Positions 49,584-60,228 of a stretch of 64,000 nt of DNA are shown one piece after another (the first letter of the stretch is position 1; every line of letters starts with the position of its first letter). The notes beneath the pieces are model-generated. The model did no database searches. It saw only the letters and a list, made by a program, of their open reading frames with translations, and had not been told where the DNA came from. The stretch covers positions 105,658 through 169,657 of the forward strand of contig JAHQWJ010000062.1 in the NCBI GenBank assembly GCA_029856125.1. Direction: 5' to 3'. The position numbers and the translations under genes were made by a program. This DNA is from Promethearchaeia archaeon (GTDB lineage: Archaea > Asgardarchaeota > Lokiarchaeia > Sigyniarchaeales > SOKP01).

Positions 49584-50609
49584 ATGGATGCTAAAGATAT
49601 AGATTACTACGCTCTAGGGTTCGAATTTATTGAAACGAAAACTATGTTTGTTTCAAACTACAAAGACGGTAGATGGGACGAGGGTACGTTAGTACCGTTT
49701 GGTAACTTCGAGATTTCACCTGCAGCGTGCATATTAAACTATGGACAAGGAATTTTCGAAGGGATGAAAGCATTAAAGACTAAAAAGGGCGATCATGTTC
49801 TCTTTAGACCAGAGGAGAACGCAAAGAGATTCAACGATAGTGCTAGTAGAATGCTCATACCCAATTATAATGTAGATAAATTTGTTTCTGCCGTAAAAAA
49901 AGTAGTAAAGGCTAATGAGGATTATATACCACCCTATGATAGTGGTGGAGCTCTTTACATTCGCCCTATAATGATTGGAACAGGTCCTACAGTCGGAGTA
50001 AAACCTGCTAATGAGTATAAAATGATAATGTTTACCGTCCCAGTAGGACCCTATTTTCCGGAAGGATTTACAGGTATAGATTTAGAAATCACGAAGAAAT
50101 ACACAAGGGCGGCCCCAGGAGGAACGGGCTCGAGCAAAACGTGTTGTAATTACGCAGGTTCTATGCTACCCGGCAAAGAAGCTAAGGAAAGAGGTTTTGC
50201 GCAGGTTATTTTTTTGGATGCGGTTCATAAAGAATATATCGATGAGGTCGGAGCTGCGAACTTCTTTGCTGTGATTGACGGAGTCTTAGTAACGCCGAAA
50301 ACTGCTGGCACAATTTTACCCGGAATCACACGAAAATCGATTTTAGAGCTAGCTTCAAAAAAAATTGGAATGCTAACAGAAGAAAGAGATATTTCTTACA
50401 AAGAGCTTTTTGAAGTATCGTGCACCGAAGCTTTTTGCTCGGGGACTGCTGCTGTTATTACTCCAATTAAATCGGTTGTTCTCGAGGAAAAAAAGCGAAT
50501 TTTTAGCGAAGGGGAACCGGGAGAAATTACTCGAAAAGCTTACGAAATGCTCACTGGCATTCAGCGTTTAGATATTGGTGACGAATTTGGATGGGTTGAG
50601 AAAATTTAG
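49584..50609 (+). CDS. ilvE: Branched-chain amino acid aminotransferase
   Basis: LNYGQGIFEGMKA, LYIRP, GGTGSSK..NYA, ILPGITR, SGTAAVITPI. Confidence 0.94.
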   Translation: MDAKDIDYYALGFEFIETKTMFVSNYKDGRWDEGTLVPFGNFEISPAACILNYGQGIFEGMKALKTKKGDHVLFRPEENAKRFNDSASRMLIPNYNVDKFVSAVKKVVKANEDYIPPYDSGGALYIRPIMIGTGPTVGVKPANEYKMIMFTVPVGPYFPEGFTGIDLEITKKYTRAAPGGTGSSKTCCNYAGSMLPGKEAKERGFAQVIFLDAVHKEYIDEVGAANFFAVIDGVLVTPKTAGTILPGITRKSILELASKKIGMLTEERDISYKELFEVSCTEAFCSGTAAVITPIKSVVLEEKKRIFSEGEPGEITRKAYEMLTGIQRLDIGDEFGWVEKI

Positions 50610-50634
50610 AGAATAGAAATGGTTTTACTTCTAA

Positions 50635-51150
50635 TTAAAGGCATAGACTTCCAATTAAAATTTCAAAAGCGTTTTTTATGTTTTCTCCAGTCTTTGAAGA
50701 TATTTTAAGGTAAGAAATAATATTTTCGTTCTCATTTACAATATCAAGGATGTAATTGTCTATCGCTTGGGTATCAGATGGTGAAATAAGATCTCTTTTT
50801 GTTCCTATTAATAATATAGGAAGATTTCCAAAAGGTTCTAATGTTTTTATCCAATCGTATACGTTTTCAATGGTATTAATCCGAGTTAGATCAAAAAGGA
50901 TAACGGCTGCGATAGAACCGTCAACAAAACCATTTAGAAGCGTTTTAAACTGAGTTTGACCAGCAAAGTCCCACATTATAAAATTTAATTCAATCCCATT
51001 GACCGTGATGTTTTTCGAATAAAAATCAACACCTCGGGTTAATTTACTATCGTCGTAAAAGCAATCGTGGACGAGTCGGTCTAAAAACGAGGTTTTTCCT
51101 ACTCCTCCATCTCCAGACACAATAACTTTTACTGTTTTCATCTTAATCAA
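50635..51150 (-). CDS. Rab/Roc-like small GTPase
   Basis: GDGGVGKTS, TRGVDF, WDFAGQ, GTKRDL, ISSKTG. Confidence 0.9.
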   Translation of the reverse strand: MIKMKTVKVIVSGDGGVGKTSFLDRLVHDCFYDDSKLTRGVDFYSKNITVNGIELNFIMWDFAGQTQFKTLLNGFVDGSIAAVILFDLTRINTIENVYDWIKTLEPFGNLPILLIGTKRDLISPSDTQAIDNYILDIVNENENIISYLKISSKTGENIKNAFEILIGSLCL

Positions 51151-51373
51151 TGGTAATTGTGCAAATAATAATTAAAAACATAACTTACGAAACTAAATTG
51201 TGTAATATTTGCATGTAAAAAAATTTTCCTACTCTCAAACGCTCTATAGAGATTTACAAAAAAGTCGAATAACTTGTACTTTTTGCATTATATATTCCTA
51301 AAAAGCGATCTAAAATCTGTTAGGAGTATTTGAAAAGAAATTAAATAAGAACTCTTCTTTCCGAAAAGCAAAT

Positions 51374-52750
51374 TTATATTTCTTCTCTGAGTTTTTGGAT
51401 TTTTTTTTTTAATTTTTTTATTCTGGGATCCGCGACACTGTACACTTTGAATTCGTCGAGAATTTTTAACGCATGCTGATAATAATTGATGCTATTGAAA
51501 ACATCGCCGTCTTTCTCAGCGGTTTCTGCTTTTTCTAGATTAAAATCAAGCTCGATGTATTTGGATTTACTCTCGATGTTAAAAATCTTAAGTGATATCT
51601 TCGCTATCTCACCTTTAAAGTTTAGTTCTTTAGCAATTAATAATGCTCTATTGTATTCATTTAAGGTTATCTGAAATTTAGAATCTTTTGCTGCAGCTCG
51701 AGCTTTTTTCTTAGTCTCTTTTATCCATCTACGTGCTGAAAATTCGTCCATAGTTTTTAACTGTTCTTTTAAATCCTCCAAATCAATATTATTATTAATG
51801 ATTGGTGAAATTAAACTCGATTTTATCATTTTATCGTGATCTGCGGTCTGACCTGATTCGATGGTATTTGCAATTGTTTCTATAGACGTTGGAGATATGA
51901 TTTTACGCTCTAGTAGCTGATAAATTTCATAAAGAATAACTTCATCCTCAATATCAGCAATATTTTTTAGTCTGATGAGCATGTTATTTATGAAAAAAAA
52001 GGTTTTTATGGTTAGCATTTCTTTTGCGAGGTTGTATATAGCCTTCTGAACTAAATTTCCTTTTACTTTATCTAATTCATATGGGGGTATCGAGCGAGCT
52101 AACGTCATTGGAAACATAAGGTAAATGTTAAAAAACTCAACGATGTAATCGATCTTATCTTGAAAACCAAAATGAACACCTTTCTCTTGAAACTTTATAA
52201 GTTCCTCTTTAAATTGTGGTTCAAAACTTTCTAAGAACTGAAACACTTGATTTCTTAGTTTAATGGATGCTTTATGATCTAGAATTAAACAAACTCTGAT
52301 AATATCTCCATCTTTGAGTAAAATATTAAACTTCTTATACTGAAATTCGTAGAATTGATACTCGAACGAAGGGACGACGTTTTTATTCGATACTTCGCTA
52401 GATTCTGAAAAAGTTATGTTAGCTTGAATAAATCCGCTCAGTAAATTCTCATCAATATCGACACCTGAGACTGCGTAATTTAATAAAGTTAGCCCTGAAC
52501 CCTTATCCATTAAGAGAATATGTTTGATATTTAAAACATCCAAAAATTTCTTCCAAATGGTTTCTCTTTCTAATTTAAGCTGTTTATCGACAGAATCAAT
52601 TTTAATAACCTCTGCTGTTGCGTCAAATTCGAAACCTAAATCCATTAATCGCCTTTTAATACATTCACTACAAGATTGCGCTTTCTGTGGGCAATTATCC
52701 TTAGTTTGTCCGCAATTATATCCTAAACCATTAATCTTGAAATATACCAT
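51374..52750 (-). CDS. Longin-like domain protein with N-terminal Cys cluster and C-terminal TPR/MIT-like helices
   Basis: IKHILLMDKGSGLTLL...DENLLSGFIQANITF (longin-like); AEKDGDVFNSINYYQHAL (TPR-like). Confidence 0.72.
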   Translation of the reverse strand: MVYFKINGLGYNCGQTKDNCPQKAQSCSECIKRRLMDLGFEFDATAEVIKIDSVDKQLKLERETIWKKFLDVLNIKHILLMDKGSGLTLLNYAVSGVDIDENLLSGFIQANITFSESSEVSNKNVVPSFEYQFYEFQYKKFNILLKDGDIIRVCLILDHKASIKLRNQVFQFLESFEPQFKEELIKFQEKGVHFGFQDKIDYIVEFFNIYLMFPMTLARSIPPYELDKVKGNLVQKAIYNLAKEMLTIKTFFFINNMLIRLKNIADIEDEVILYEIYQLLERKIISPTSIETIANTIESGQTADHDKMIKSSLISPIINNNIDLEDLKEQLKTMDEFSARRWIKETKKKARAAAKDSKFQITLNEYNRALLIAKELNFKGEIAKISLKIFNIESKSKYIELDFNLEKAETAEKDGDVFNSINYYQHALKILDEFKVYSVADPRIKKLKKKIQKLREEI

Positions 52751-52948
52751 AAAAAATTAGATCCTAAACGAGTATTTGAATTACAGAATAGTTTTTTGCA
52801 TAGAAAAAACTTCTTGTTTCATAAATAATGCAAATTCTTGTTCTTAAAATTAAGTTTTAAATTAATTAAAAAAGAAAAGGGTTTATAAAATCAATTTACA
52901 AAATAGTTTAGATTAAATTGTTATTTTAAAATACATTGAAAATGTGAT

Positions 52949-53767
52949 TTGAAGATGGAAGTTAAAAGGAAAAAATTTCTATACAGCATTCTTACAGTAA
53001 ATCTTGCTTTAGTCGCTGTGTTCGTATTGTTGTTTTCATTCTATGGTCCAATTTTGGCTGCCACTATATTTGAAAACGAGATTGGTTTAATTGCGATAAC
53101 GAGTAGAATTTTAATTTTGGGCATTATGTCATTCTTTCTCTTTCGTAAGTGGTTAAGACAGGAAGCCGTTTATATTTCAGATGCTTACTTTTTATTTGGA
53201 TCGTTTTTTGGAATGTTAACCTGGGCAAAAGTTTACGATATTTTCTATAATCCTGCAATAGTTTCAGGCGCGTTTGAAACGGGATTCATTTTATTGTTGG
53301 TAAAAATTAGGTTTTTTATTATAATCGCAAATTTAATGCCAATATTGTATATTGGTTTAGATGCGATTCTCGTATACGTTAATATGAACATGAATAAAGA
53401 GATGAAGAAGAAGCAATTCAATAAGCTGAGGATAAGGATTATTCTAATCTTTGTGTTGATAACCATATCGGTAATAATTTTAGCTCCAACCTTAGATTTC
53501 CTTATTCTAGTTTTTCCATTCATAACAATTGCTACTTATGTTGGCATTGCGTTTATGTTTTTATTTATGTACAAAAATAAACGACTCTCTCAAGCAAACG
53601 GGTTAATAATTGGAATTGCGTTTATCTGCTTTATAGCTTCAAGTTTAATCAGGACGATTCTCACATCTACTAATCTTTATTATGGCACAATCGCTGAAAT
53701 TATCGATATAGGAGTAAACTTGCTTATGTTTATAGGATTCATAACGAAACCTAAATATGCGAGATGA
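52949..53767 (+). CDS. Polytopic membrane protein (~8 TM)
   Basis: Hydrophobicity pattern. Confidence 0.78.
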   Translation: MKMEVKRKKFLYSILTVNLALVAVFVLLFSFYGPILAATIFENEIGLIAITSRILILGIMSFFLFRKWLRQEAVYISDAYFLFGSFFGMLTWAKVYDIFYNPAIVSGAFETGFILLLVKIRFFIIIANLMPILYIGLDAILVYVNMNMNKEMKKKQFNKLRIRIILIFVLITISVIILAPTLDFLILVFPFITIATYVGIAFMFLFMYKNKRLSQANGLIIGIAFICFIASSLIRTILTSTNLYYGTIAEIIDIGVNLLMFIGFITKPKYAR

Positions 53768-53907
53768 CTGTGTTTTTTACTATCTAAAGAGAAGTATCCC
53801 TAAATGCTTTTTTATAACTAAATTTTTTTTCTTGATTTTTATTAGAATTTTTGAATAATTTTCGAGCTTTAAAAAGATTAAATTAGAAATATAAGTAGTT
53901 AAACCAT

Positions 53908-54618
53908 TTGGTGGTGTTAATGAAAATATATAAAAATTGGAAAATATTTGCTTCACTGTTCATAATATTCGGTCCCGCTCAATATATTATTTTGACCGCA
54001 GTAGCTATGCTGTTTTACGCCGGGGGAACCCTTATCAATCCTTTTAGTCCAGGGTACTATTTTTGGGGTAATTTTTTTAGCGATTTAGGTCGAATCATCG
54101 CACTTTCAGGTGCTCCGAACAATATTTCTTTCGTAATATTTACGATTACTGCCTTAATTCTAAGTATCTCGTTTATACCTTTCGCTTTTGCAATAACTTC
54201 GTTTTTCAAGGGTGATAGAAAGTTATATCTAATAGTAAGAGTTGGCTCGTTAGTTTGTCTTAGTTCAATAATTTTTCTGATCGGTACGATACTTACTCCA
54301 TGGGATATATTTGCAAATACTCATTTAATTTTCGCCAATTTGTTCAATCTTACCGGCGTTTTAGGAATTATCTTTTTCACTATCGCAGTTCTTTACAACA
54401 AGGATTATCCTAACCGATATGCGTTCGTTTACATTGGCTTACTAATCGTTGGAATTACTTACACGATTGTCTTGATTAGCATACCAAAATCTATCACTTT
54501 AGATGGGCTTATTATACAAGCTTCTATGCAAAAAATATCTCAATATTCCTTTTTAATCTGTTTTTTGATTCAAGGATACGGAGCTTGGAAGCTACAAAAA
54601 TATAAAATAAGCTTATAG
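53908..54618 (+). CDS. Polytopic membrane protein, DUF998-like
   Basis: AMLFYAGG...GYYFWGNFFSDLGR; ~6 TM. Confidence 0.72.
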   Translation: MVVLMKIYKNWKIFASLFIIFGPAQYIILTAVAMLFYAGGTLINPFSPGYYFWGNFFSDLGRIIALSGAPNNISFVIFTITALILSISFIPFAFAITSFFKGDRKLYLIVRVGSLVCLSSIIFLIGTILTPWDIFANTHLIFANLFNLTGVLGIIFFTIAVLYNKDYPNRYAFVYIGLLIVGITYTIVLISIPKSITLDGLIIQASMQKISQYSFLICFLIQGYGAWKLQKYKISL

Positions 54619-54712
54619 ATTACCTATCTCCGTCATTTAAATTGATAGCATTTGAACGGAGTTGCCTTTTTTTTTTATTCGTGAACTTAGAATTTTGTTT
54701 TCCTCACGAAAG

Positions 54713-56191
54713 TTAAGACAAATCCATATTCTTTGATTTTTGTACTAAAACACTAAAGTTTTTAACCATCTCTTCTAAGCTGGGAAAATTAGGTAGGTTA
54801 AGTTTAGCTAGTTTTTGGGAGATTCTCCCTACTTCCTTTGCCTCACCAATTAACCAAAAGAATATTGGTTTTGAAGCTTGTTTTGCGTGGGTTATGATAT
54901 TGTCCACATTATTCATAGCTCTAAACTGTCGAGAACAAAACATCATGTTGAAAATACCTTCAACGTTGGGATCTTTCAATAAAGCTTCATACACACGAGA
55001 CGTTACTACCTCGGGTTTTACGTTATTCATCATCGCTTTTTCCATTGCTGGCCATATGTCTACAAAAGCAAAGGTGTTTGGAGGCATCCACTCGGGAAAC
55101 ACTTCAACGAGGGCAGAGTACGTTTTCTCACTAAGAACAGGAAATTTTATACCATATTTAAACGTGAGATCCGCTGTAATCGTTCCGGCACCACCAGATC
55201 CTGCCACAAATGAGGCGTTACCTTTTTTAGGAAGGGTTTTACCAGACAAGTACATTAACGAGAAGGTGCGCGCATATTGAAATAACTCGTAAAAATTGTT
55301 AGCATAGATTACTCCTGATTGTTTTACGATCCCGTCAATTAGATTTGAATTTTCTGCCAAAGAACCAGTGTGGCTTCTAGTTGCTTTTTGGCCTTGAGGC
55401 GTAACTCCACCTCTAAGCAAAATAATAGTCTTATTTGGCATAGACCTAGCTTTTTTGCATAGTTCAATAAATTTTCTTGAATTTTTAAACGATTCTAAGT
55501 ATATGGCTATAACATTTACAGTATCGTCCTCCATCATATATTCCAGAAACTCAATTTCGCTCAAATCCATTTTGTTCCCGATCGAACAAGAATATCGAAA
55601 TCCTAAATTCGGATATTTCGTCATTATGTGCATCAAATACCCGCCATTTAACATCCCAGATTGACTTATTAGCGCAATATTACCTCTCTTATAGGTAGAA
55701 AAAACACCAAATCCAGAAAAAAATCCTTCTTTTTCGTCACTATCGCTGTCTCCATCGATGGTGCTAAGACCCATACAATTAGGACCAACGACCCTTAATT
55801 TAGTGAAATTGTCTGTTATCTCAAGTATTTTTTCTTTTAATTCGAGACCTTTTTCGCCTACTTCTTCGAAACCCGATGCTTCAATTATCGCTCCTTTTAC
55901 TCCTTTTTCCACACAATCCTTTAAGATGTCTGGAATTAGTCGATTTGGAACGTAAAATATTGCAATGTCAACCTCGTCTTCGACATCTAAAATACTCTTT
56001 TTAAATTCTATATCGTAGAGCTTTCCTTCCGCATTTGGGTTTATAAAATGAACTTTACCTCTGAAATTGTTTGTAATAAGGTTGGTAGCAATCCGAAATC
56101 CGCCTTTTGTTAATTTTTTTGACGCACCAATAATAGCTACGGACTTAGGGTGTAAGAATAGGTCAATTATGTTGTCGCTTTCCATTTTCAC
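54713..56191 (-). CDS. ADP-forming acyl-CoA synthetase alpha-type subunit (CoA-binding)
   Basis: PKSVAIIGAS, SGFEEVG, GPNCMG, SQSG, SHTGSLA, GSGGAG. Confidence 0.9.
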   Translation of the reverse strand: MKMESDNIIDLFLHPKSVAIIGASKKLTKGGFRIATNLITNNFRGKVHFINPNAEGKLYDIEFKKSILDVEDEVDIAIFYVPNRLIPDILKDCVEKGVKGAIIEASGFEEVGEKGLELKEKILEITDNFTKLRVVGPNCMGLSTIDGDSDSDEKEGFFSGFGVFSTYKRGNIALISQSGMLNGGYLMHIMTKYPNLGFRYSCSIGNKMDLSEIEFLEYMMEDDTVNVIAIYLESFKNSRKFIELCKKARSMPNKTIILLRGGVTPQGQKATRSHTGSLAENSNLIDGIVKQSGVIYANNFYELFQYARTFSLMYLSGKTLPKKGNASFVAGSGGAGTITADLTFKYGIKFPVLSEKTYSALVEVFPEWMPPNTFAFVDIWPAMEKAMMNNVKPEVVTSRVYEALLKDPNVEGIFNMMFCSRQFRAMNNVDNIITHAKQASKPIFFWLIGEAKEVGRISQKLAKLNLPNFPSLEEMVKNFSVLVQKSKNMDLS

Positions 56192-56762
56192 ACAAAATTT
56201 CGTTTATTATTATGGATTGTATCTAAAAAAATAAAATTACAATATTGATATGTTTAAGGGTAACTAACTGCGCTAGAAAAAGTTTGAATTAAGTTAAATT
56301 ATTCGAAATGAGATAATTATGTTCTTTTCGGTAAAAATAATAGAAAACTCTCATAGTCATTGTGTTTATAACTTAAATAGATCACAACAATAGTATTATG
56401 TATAATATCAATTGGGAAAGCTATCGTCACCCAAAGTTTCTACAATCGTTAAATTTAACATTAAACGAGTTAAAAATGTTGAATCTATTTTTAAAAGGAC
56501 CAAATTTTAGAATAGATGCAAATCAAGAACAGTTACATAATACAACCTTAGTTTCCCCAAGAAATAATTTAAATCCTTCGAAATTGATAACTCAAGAGAA
56601 GATTAGCATCAAAATTTAACCTACTCTTTTAACTAATAATTAATGATCTTGCCAAGAACGCCTACACCTCTTTCTTTTTGCCTAATTGTTTTCAATTATT
56701 CCTCATGAATAACTAATTTCAACACATACATTTAAATAGGAAATGTAATAATTGTTTTTATA

Positions 56763-56779
56763 GTAAAAATAATTTTTAC
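56763..56779. promoter_or_regulatory. Perfect palindromic operator candidate for the downstream wHTH regulator
   Basis: GTAAAAAT-A-ATTTTTAC, ~25 nt after TATA-like TTTAAATA (56731-38). Confidence 0.5.
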
Positions 56780-56802
56780 AGTAAAAAAAATGTGATCGCT
56801 TT

Positions 56803-57231
56803 ATGCCTGAAAAAAAAGAAAAAAAAAAACCAATTTTCGAGAAGGTCGGTCTTGTGTTTCGAAATCCTACGAGGGTAGATATAGTAAGAGAGTTATCTAC
56901 AAGCTCCCAAAGACCAATAGACTTAGCGAATAAATTAGAAGTTGATCGTCAAAACATTAATTATCACATAAGCGCCTTAAAGAGAGGAGGAATAATCAAA
57001 ACGCAGAAAATGGAAGTATCCCAAGAGGAAGCCTCAAAATTGAAAGGTGCAATAATTGACAAAGTTACCAATGAAGGAAAGTTAAAAATCTCTTATGGGG
57101 TCGAACTTACAAGAAACGGTAAGGACATCGTAAACCAATTTGTAGCCCCCCTTTACGAAGAAGTAATGGTGGAAGAAGAGCATAAAGAAGAAAGTGTTAA
57201 TAAAAAAAAAAAGGAGGAAAGTAAATTATGA
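56803..57231 (+). CDS. ArsR-like winged-HTH transcriptional regulator
   Basis: NPTRVDIVREL...LANKLEVDRQNINYHISALKRGGII...ELTRNG. Confidence 0.85.
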   Translation: MPEKKEKKKPIFEKVGLVFRNPTRVDIVRELSTSSQRPIDLANKLEVDRQNINYHISALKRGGIIKTQKMEVSQEEASKLKGAIIDKVTNEGKLKISYGVELTRNGKDIVNQFVAPLYEEVMVEEEHKEESVNKKKKEESKL

Positions 57232-58259
57232 AAAATGTAAGTGTTCAAATAGTAGAAATGTTATTTGAGAATCCTTTAGAAATTTTAGAACTTGGAAAAG
57301 CTCAATCTCACGGTAATATGACAGTTATCCCAATCATCTATAAGGGTAAAACCTTAGATTTTATTAGCGTTAAAGAAGCTGAAGACCTCGGCTTAATAAG
57401 TATAAACGAAACAGATACCGTCAGTCAATTAGAGGTAATTAATAATAGCGATAAACAAGTGTTGATCCCTTTCGGTGTAACAGTCCATGGCGGAAAACAA
57501 GATAGAACAATATGGGAACCAATCCTATTGGCTGCTGGAGGAAAACAAAACTTATCTGACGGAAATAAAAGTCCTATGGAACAAAAATATACCGTTCCAG
57601 CTAAGTGCGTCGAACAATCGAGATGGAATTATCGAGAAGGAAAAGGGTTTAAATCTTCTAATACAAGATTACATCCTAACGTCGCCTACGCAGCTATATC
57701 GTCGGCAGGTCAGGGGTCAGTTTGGAACGAAATCCAAGCTTATAGAACTGAAATGAACTATAGCAATAATATTGCCCCATCTCAAAGCTATCTTGAAATG
57801 ACAGAAAATATAGATAAAGAAACAGACGAGATAGTAAATTCTTTTAAAAACCAAGAGAACCAATGCGGAATAGCTACCTTTATCAATGGTGAATTTATTG
57901 GTATAGAGTTTTACGCAAATCCTAAAGTATGGGAAACAATGAACAACGACATCCTTAAAGCTTTTGCCATCGAATCGCTGAGATTTAAAGATAAATCGTA
58001 TAAAGAGGTGGCAGACCAATACGATAAGCACCTGATAAAAGCATTACAAAAGTTAAAGTTGAATTTTTCCGAAAGAAAAGGGATAGGACTTGGTGAAGTG
58101 GTCGAATTTGAGTCGAAGGATAAAAAATGGAGAGGAAACACCCTAGTCCACGAAAATTCGTTAGTCCAGTTCTATATCGTTTCAAAAAGAGGAGGAAGCA
58201 GCAGTTCCGATCGGCAAGAACAAGTTTTTCAAACAAATATAAGCCAAAGATATATTTAA
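57228..58259 (+). CDS. ARPP-1/DUF6569-like protein
   Basis: GGKQDRT, CVEQSRW, QGSVW motifs; ATGA overlap with the regulator. Confidence 0.72.
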   Translation: MKNVSVQIVEMLFENPLEILELGKAQSHGNMTVIPIIYKGKTLDFISVKEAEDLGLISINETDTVSQLEVINNSDKQVLIPFGVTVHGGKQDRTIWEPILLAAGGKQNLSDGNKSPMEQKYTVPAKCVEQSRWNYREGKGFKSSNTRLHPNVAYAAISSAGQGSVWNEIQAYRTEMNYSNNIAPSQSYLEMTENIDKETDEIVNSFKNQENQCGIATFINGEFIGIEFYANPKVWETMNNDILKAFAIESLRFKDKSYKEVADQYDKHLIKALQKLKLNFSERKGIGLGEVVEFESKDKKWRGNTLVHENSLVQFYIVSKRGGSSSSDRQEQVFQTNISQRYI

Positions 58260-58268
58260 TGCCCTAAG

Positions 58269-58287
58269 AATACGCATTAGGCGTATT
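58269..58287 (+). terminator. Short hairpin after the ARPP-1-like gene
   Basis: AATACGC-ATTAG-GCGTATT followed by T-rich tracts. Confidence 0.35.
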
Positions 58288-58407
58288 GAAATACAATTTT
58301 TCAATTTTAATCTTTTTTTTCATATCTTTTATAAATTTAAGAATAATAATGATATAATCATAGATCTCTCATAAGGGCCAAGAAATTAGGCTCCTAAAGA
58401 AGTAAGA

Positions 58408-59382
58408 CTAACTATTAACAATATCGTTGAACATATTCACAAATGCATTAAAATCTTTGTTCATAAAATAGAGCCCAAGCGGATCGCGACTTTTTAATGC
58501 AAGCATATAGTATGGTAAAGGGGTTTTTTTTAAGGTGACCGGTTTGAACAAGAAATATTTTCCCATTTTTCTGACAACTATTTGATCTTCTTGTTGTTCT
58601 ATTCCCATATCTTCAAAAACGTCGTTAAGTGTCAAAAAATACGCAATTGTGCTACTCAAAAGTTTTTTTGACTCATCATCTTTGAAGCAGGAACCTAAAA
58701 TAATCGAATTGTTATCGGTAATGAGTAACCCATCACAATTTAGTTTTCTCGTAAATTCATCAATAGTTTTTTGTAACAACTCTGATTTTGGATATAAATT
58801 AAGTAGAACTTTAGACATCGCATTCATGATTGTATAAGGATTATATATTGACGTTGTAAAGAATTGAAGCTTTTCGTAATCTACTCTCTTAATAATTTCT
58901 TTATTTAAAGCAAGTATTTCAGATTTTATTTGCTTTTCAACTCTATGAATTAATTTAGGATCAAATTTATGAAATAAAATGACGATCTGAGGCTCAATTT
59001 TCAATTCTTTAAATTTATCAACGACATCATATAAATAACTCAGAGATTCTTTAATACGAGGACCATCTAATATGTCAATAACATAAATCGCAACTTCTGT
59101 CTCATCAAAATATTTGTTCGGGTTATCTAGGTAAGAAATAAGATATCTCTTTTGACCCCCTAAATCCCACTCGGTGATTTCCCTTCCCAACAATTTAAAA
59201 TTACTCCTTTGTGCACCCCTCGTGGGTTCAATTAAAGCAATTTGTGAGAATTCCCTCTTTAGAGCTAAAATTATACTCGTTTTACCTGCTCCATCCAAAC
59301 CTGTAAACACAATCTTAAACGTTTTTTCTTTAGTCTCCTTTTCTTTTTCATGAAATATTAAAGAATCTTCCAATAGATTCAC
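58408..59382 (-). CDS. Arf/Rag-like small GTPase with C-terminal roadblock-like domain
   Basis: GLDGAGKTS, PTRG, WDLGGQ, HKFD, TSIY; paralog of 48438..49382. Confidence 0.87.
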   Translation of the reverse strand: MNLLEDSLIFHEKEKETKEKTFKIVFTGLDGAGKTSIILALKREFSQIALIEPTRGAQRSNFKLLGREITEWDLGGQKRYLISYLDNPNKYFDETEVAIYVIDILDGPRIKESLSYLYDVVDKFKELKIEPQIVILFHKFDPKLIHRVEKQIKSEILALNKEIIKRVDYEKLQFFTTSIYNPYTIMNAMSKVLLNLYPKSELLQKTIDEFTRKLNCDGLLITDNNSIILGSCFKDDESKKLLSSTIAYFLTLNDVFEDMGIEQQEDQIVVRKMGKYFLFKPVTLKKTPLPYYMLALKSRDPLGLYFMNKDFNAFVNMFNDIVNS

Positions 59383-59527
59383 CTCATAACGTAATTCGGC
59401 AAAAAATGATAATTAATTTCGCCAAGAATTAAACGGTTAATCTGATATTTAAGATTTATTTGTCACTTATATGCTATATTCAGTTCTACCAAAAAATTTA
59501 TTTACCTAACATTCCATATTAAAAATT

Positions 59528-59989
59528 ATGCCAGAAAGTATCAAATCTCTTAAGTTTCTATATGACTATGCTAAAACTTTGTTTGAAAAGCGAAAAGATA
59601 ATCATTTTGAGGAATCCATGAAAACACCGTTGTTTAAACGCGAGAAAACCGCTCTCGATTTATTCGTACATTCTGCCAGCACGTTATATATGGCAATGAA
59701 AAAAACGGCCAATCCTAATGCAGATGCTAAAGAGATATCAATTAAGTTAGATCGTGAATCCACCGCACCTTTACACGAACAGTTATTAGAAATATTTAGT
59801 AAAGCAATTGAAGCCTATGTAGAAGTAAGGACTAAATATTCTGAAGAAGACCTTAACAATACGTTTACATCCCCTTTTGGGAGAGAAATGACATACGAAG
59901 ATTGGTTTGGATTTATTATCCATCACACAATCGGCCATATTTATCAAGCCTTTAGATTGCAGGCAATATACCTAAGACATAAGGTTTAA
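59528..59989 (+). CDS. DinB-superfamily four-helix protein
   Basis: TALDLFVH...FIIHHTIGHIYQ. Confidence 0.75.
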   Translation: MPESIKSLKFLYDYAKTLFEKRKDNHFEESMKTPLFKREKTALDLFVHSASTLYMAMKKTANPNADAKEISIKLDRESTAPLHEQLLEIFSKAIEAYVEVRTKYSEEDLNNTFTSPFGREMTYEDWFGFIIHHTIGHIYQAFRLQAIYLRHKV

Positions 59990-60228
59990 TTGAAGCTGTA
60001 ATTTAATCTTGAGGAATTATAATAACCACTTTTTATTTAACGTATTAGGATTATTGATTTAACATAGTAAGATTATTGATTTAAAAAATTAGTAAATGTG
60101 TAGATCAATTAGAAGATGTAATTGATAACTTTTTCAGTAATTCACTATTTTTAATATAAACTTCCAATTAAATTAAAAAAAGCTAAGTGAAGCTAAGTTT
60201 AAAAATTATCGTATAAATAGAAAAAACC

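Noticed and set aside
56398-56619. 73-aa intergenic ORF
   Set aside because: No recognisable motif or clear ribosome-binding site; cannot be supported.
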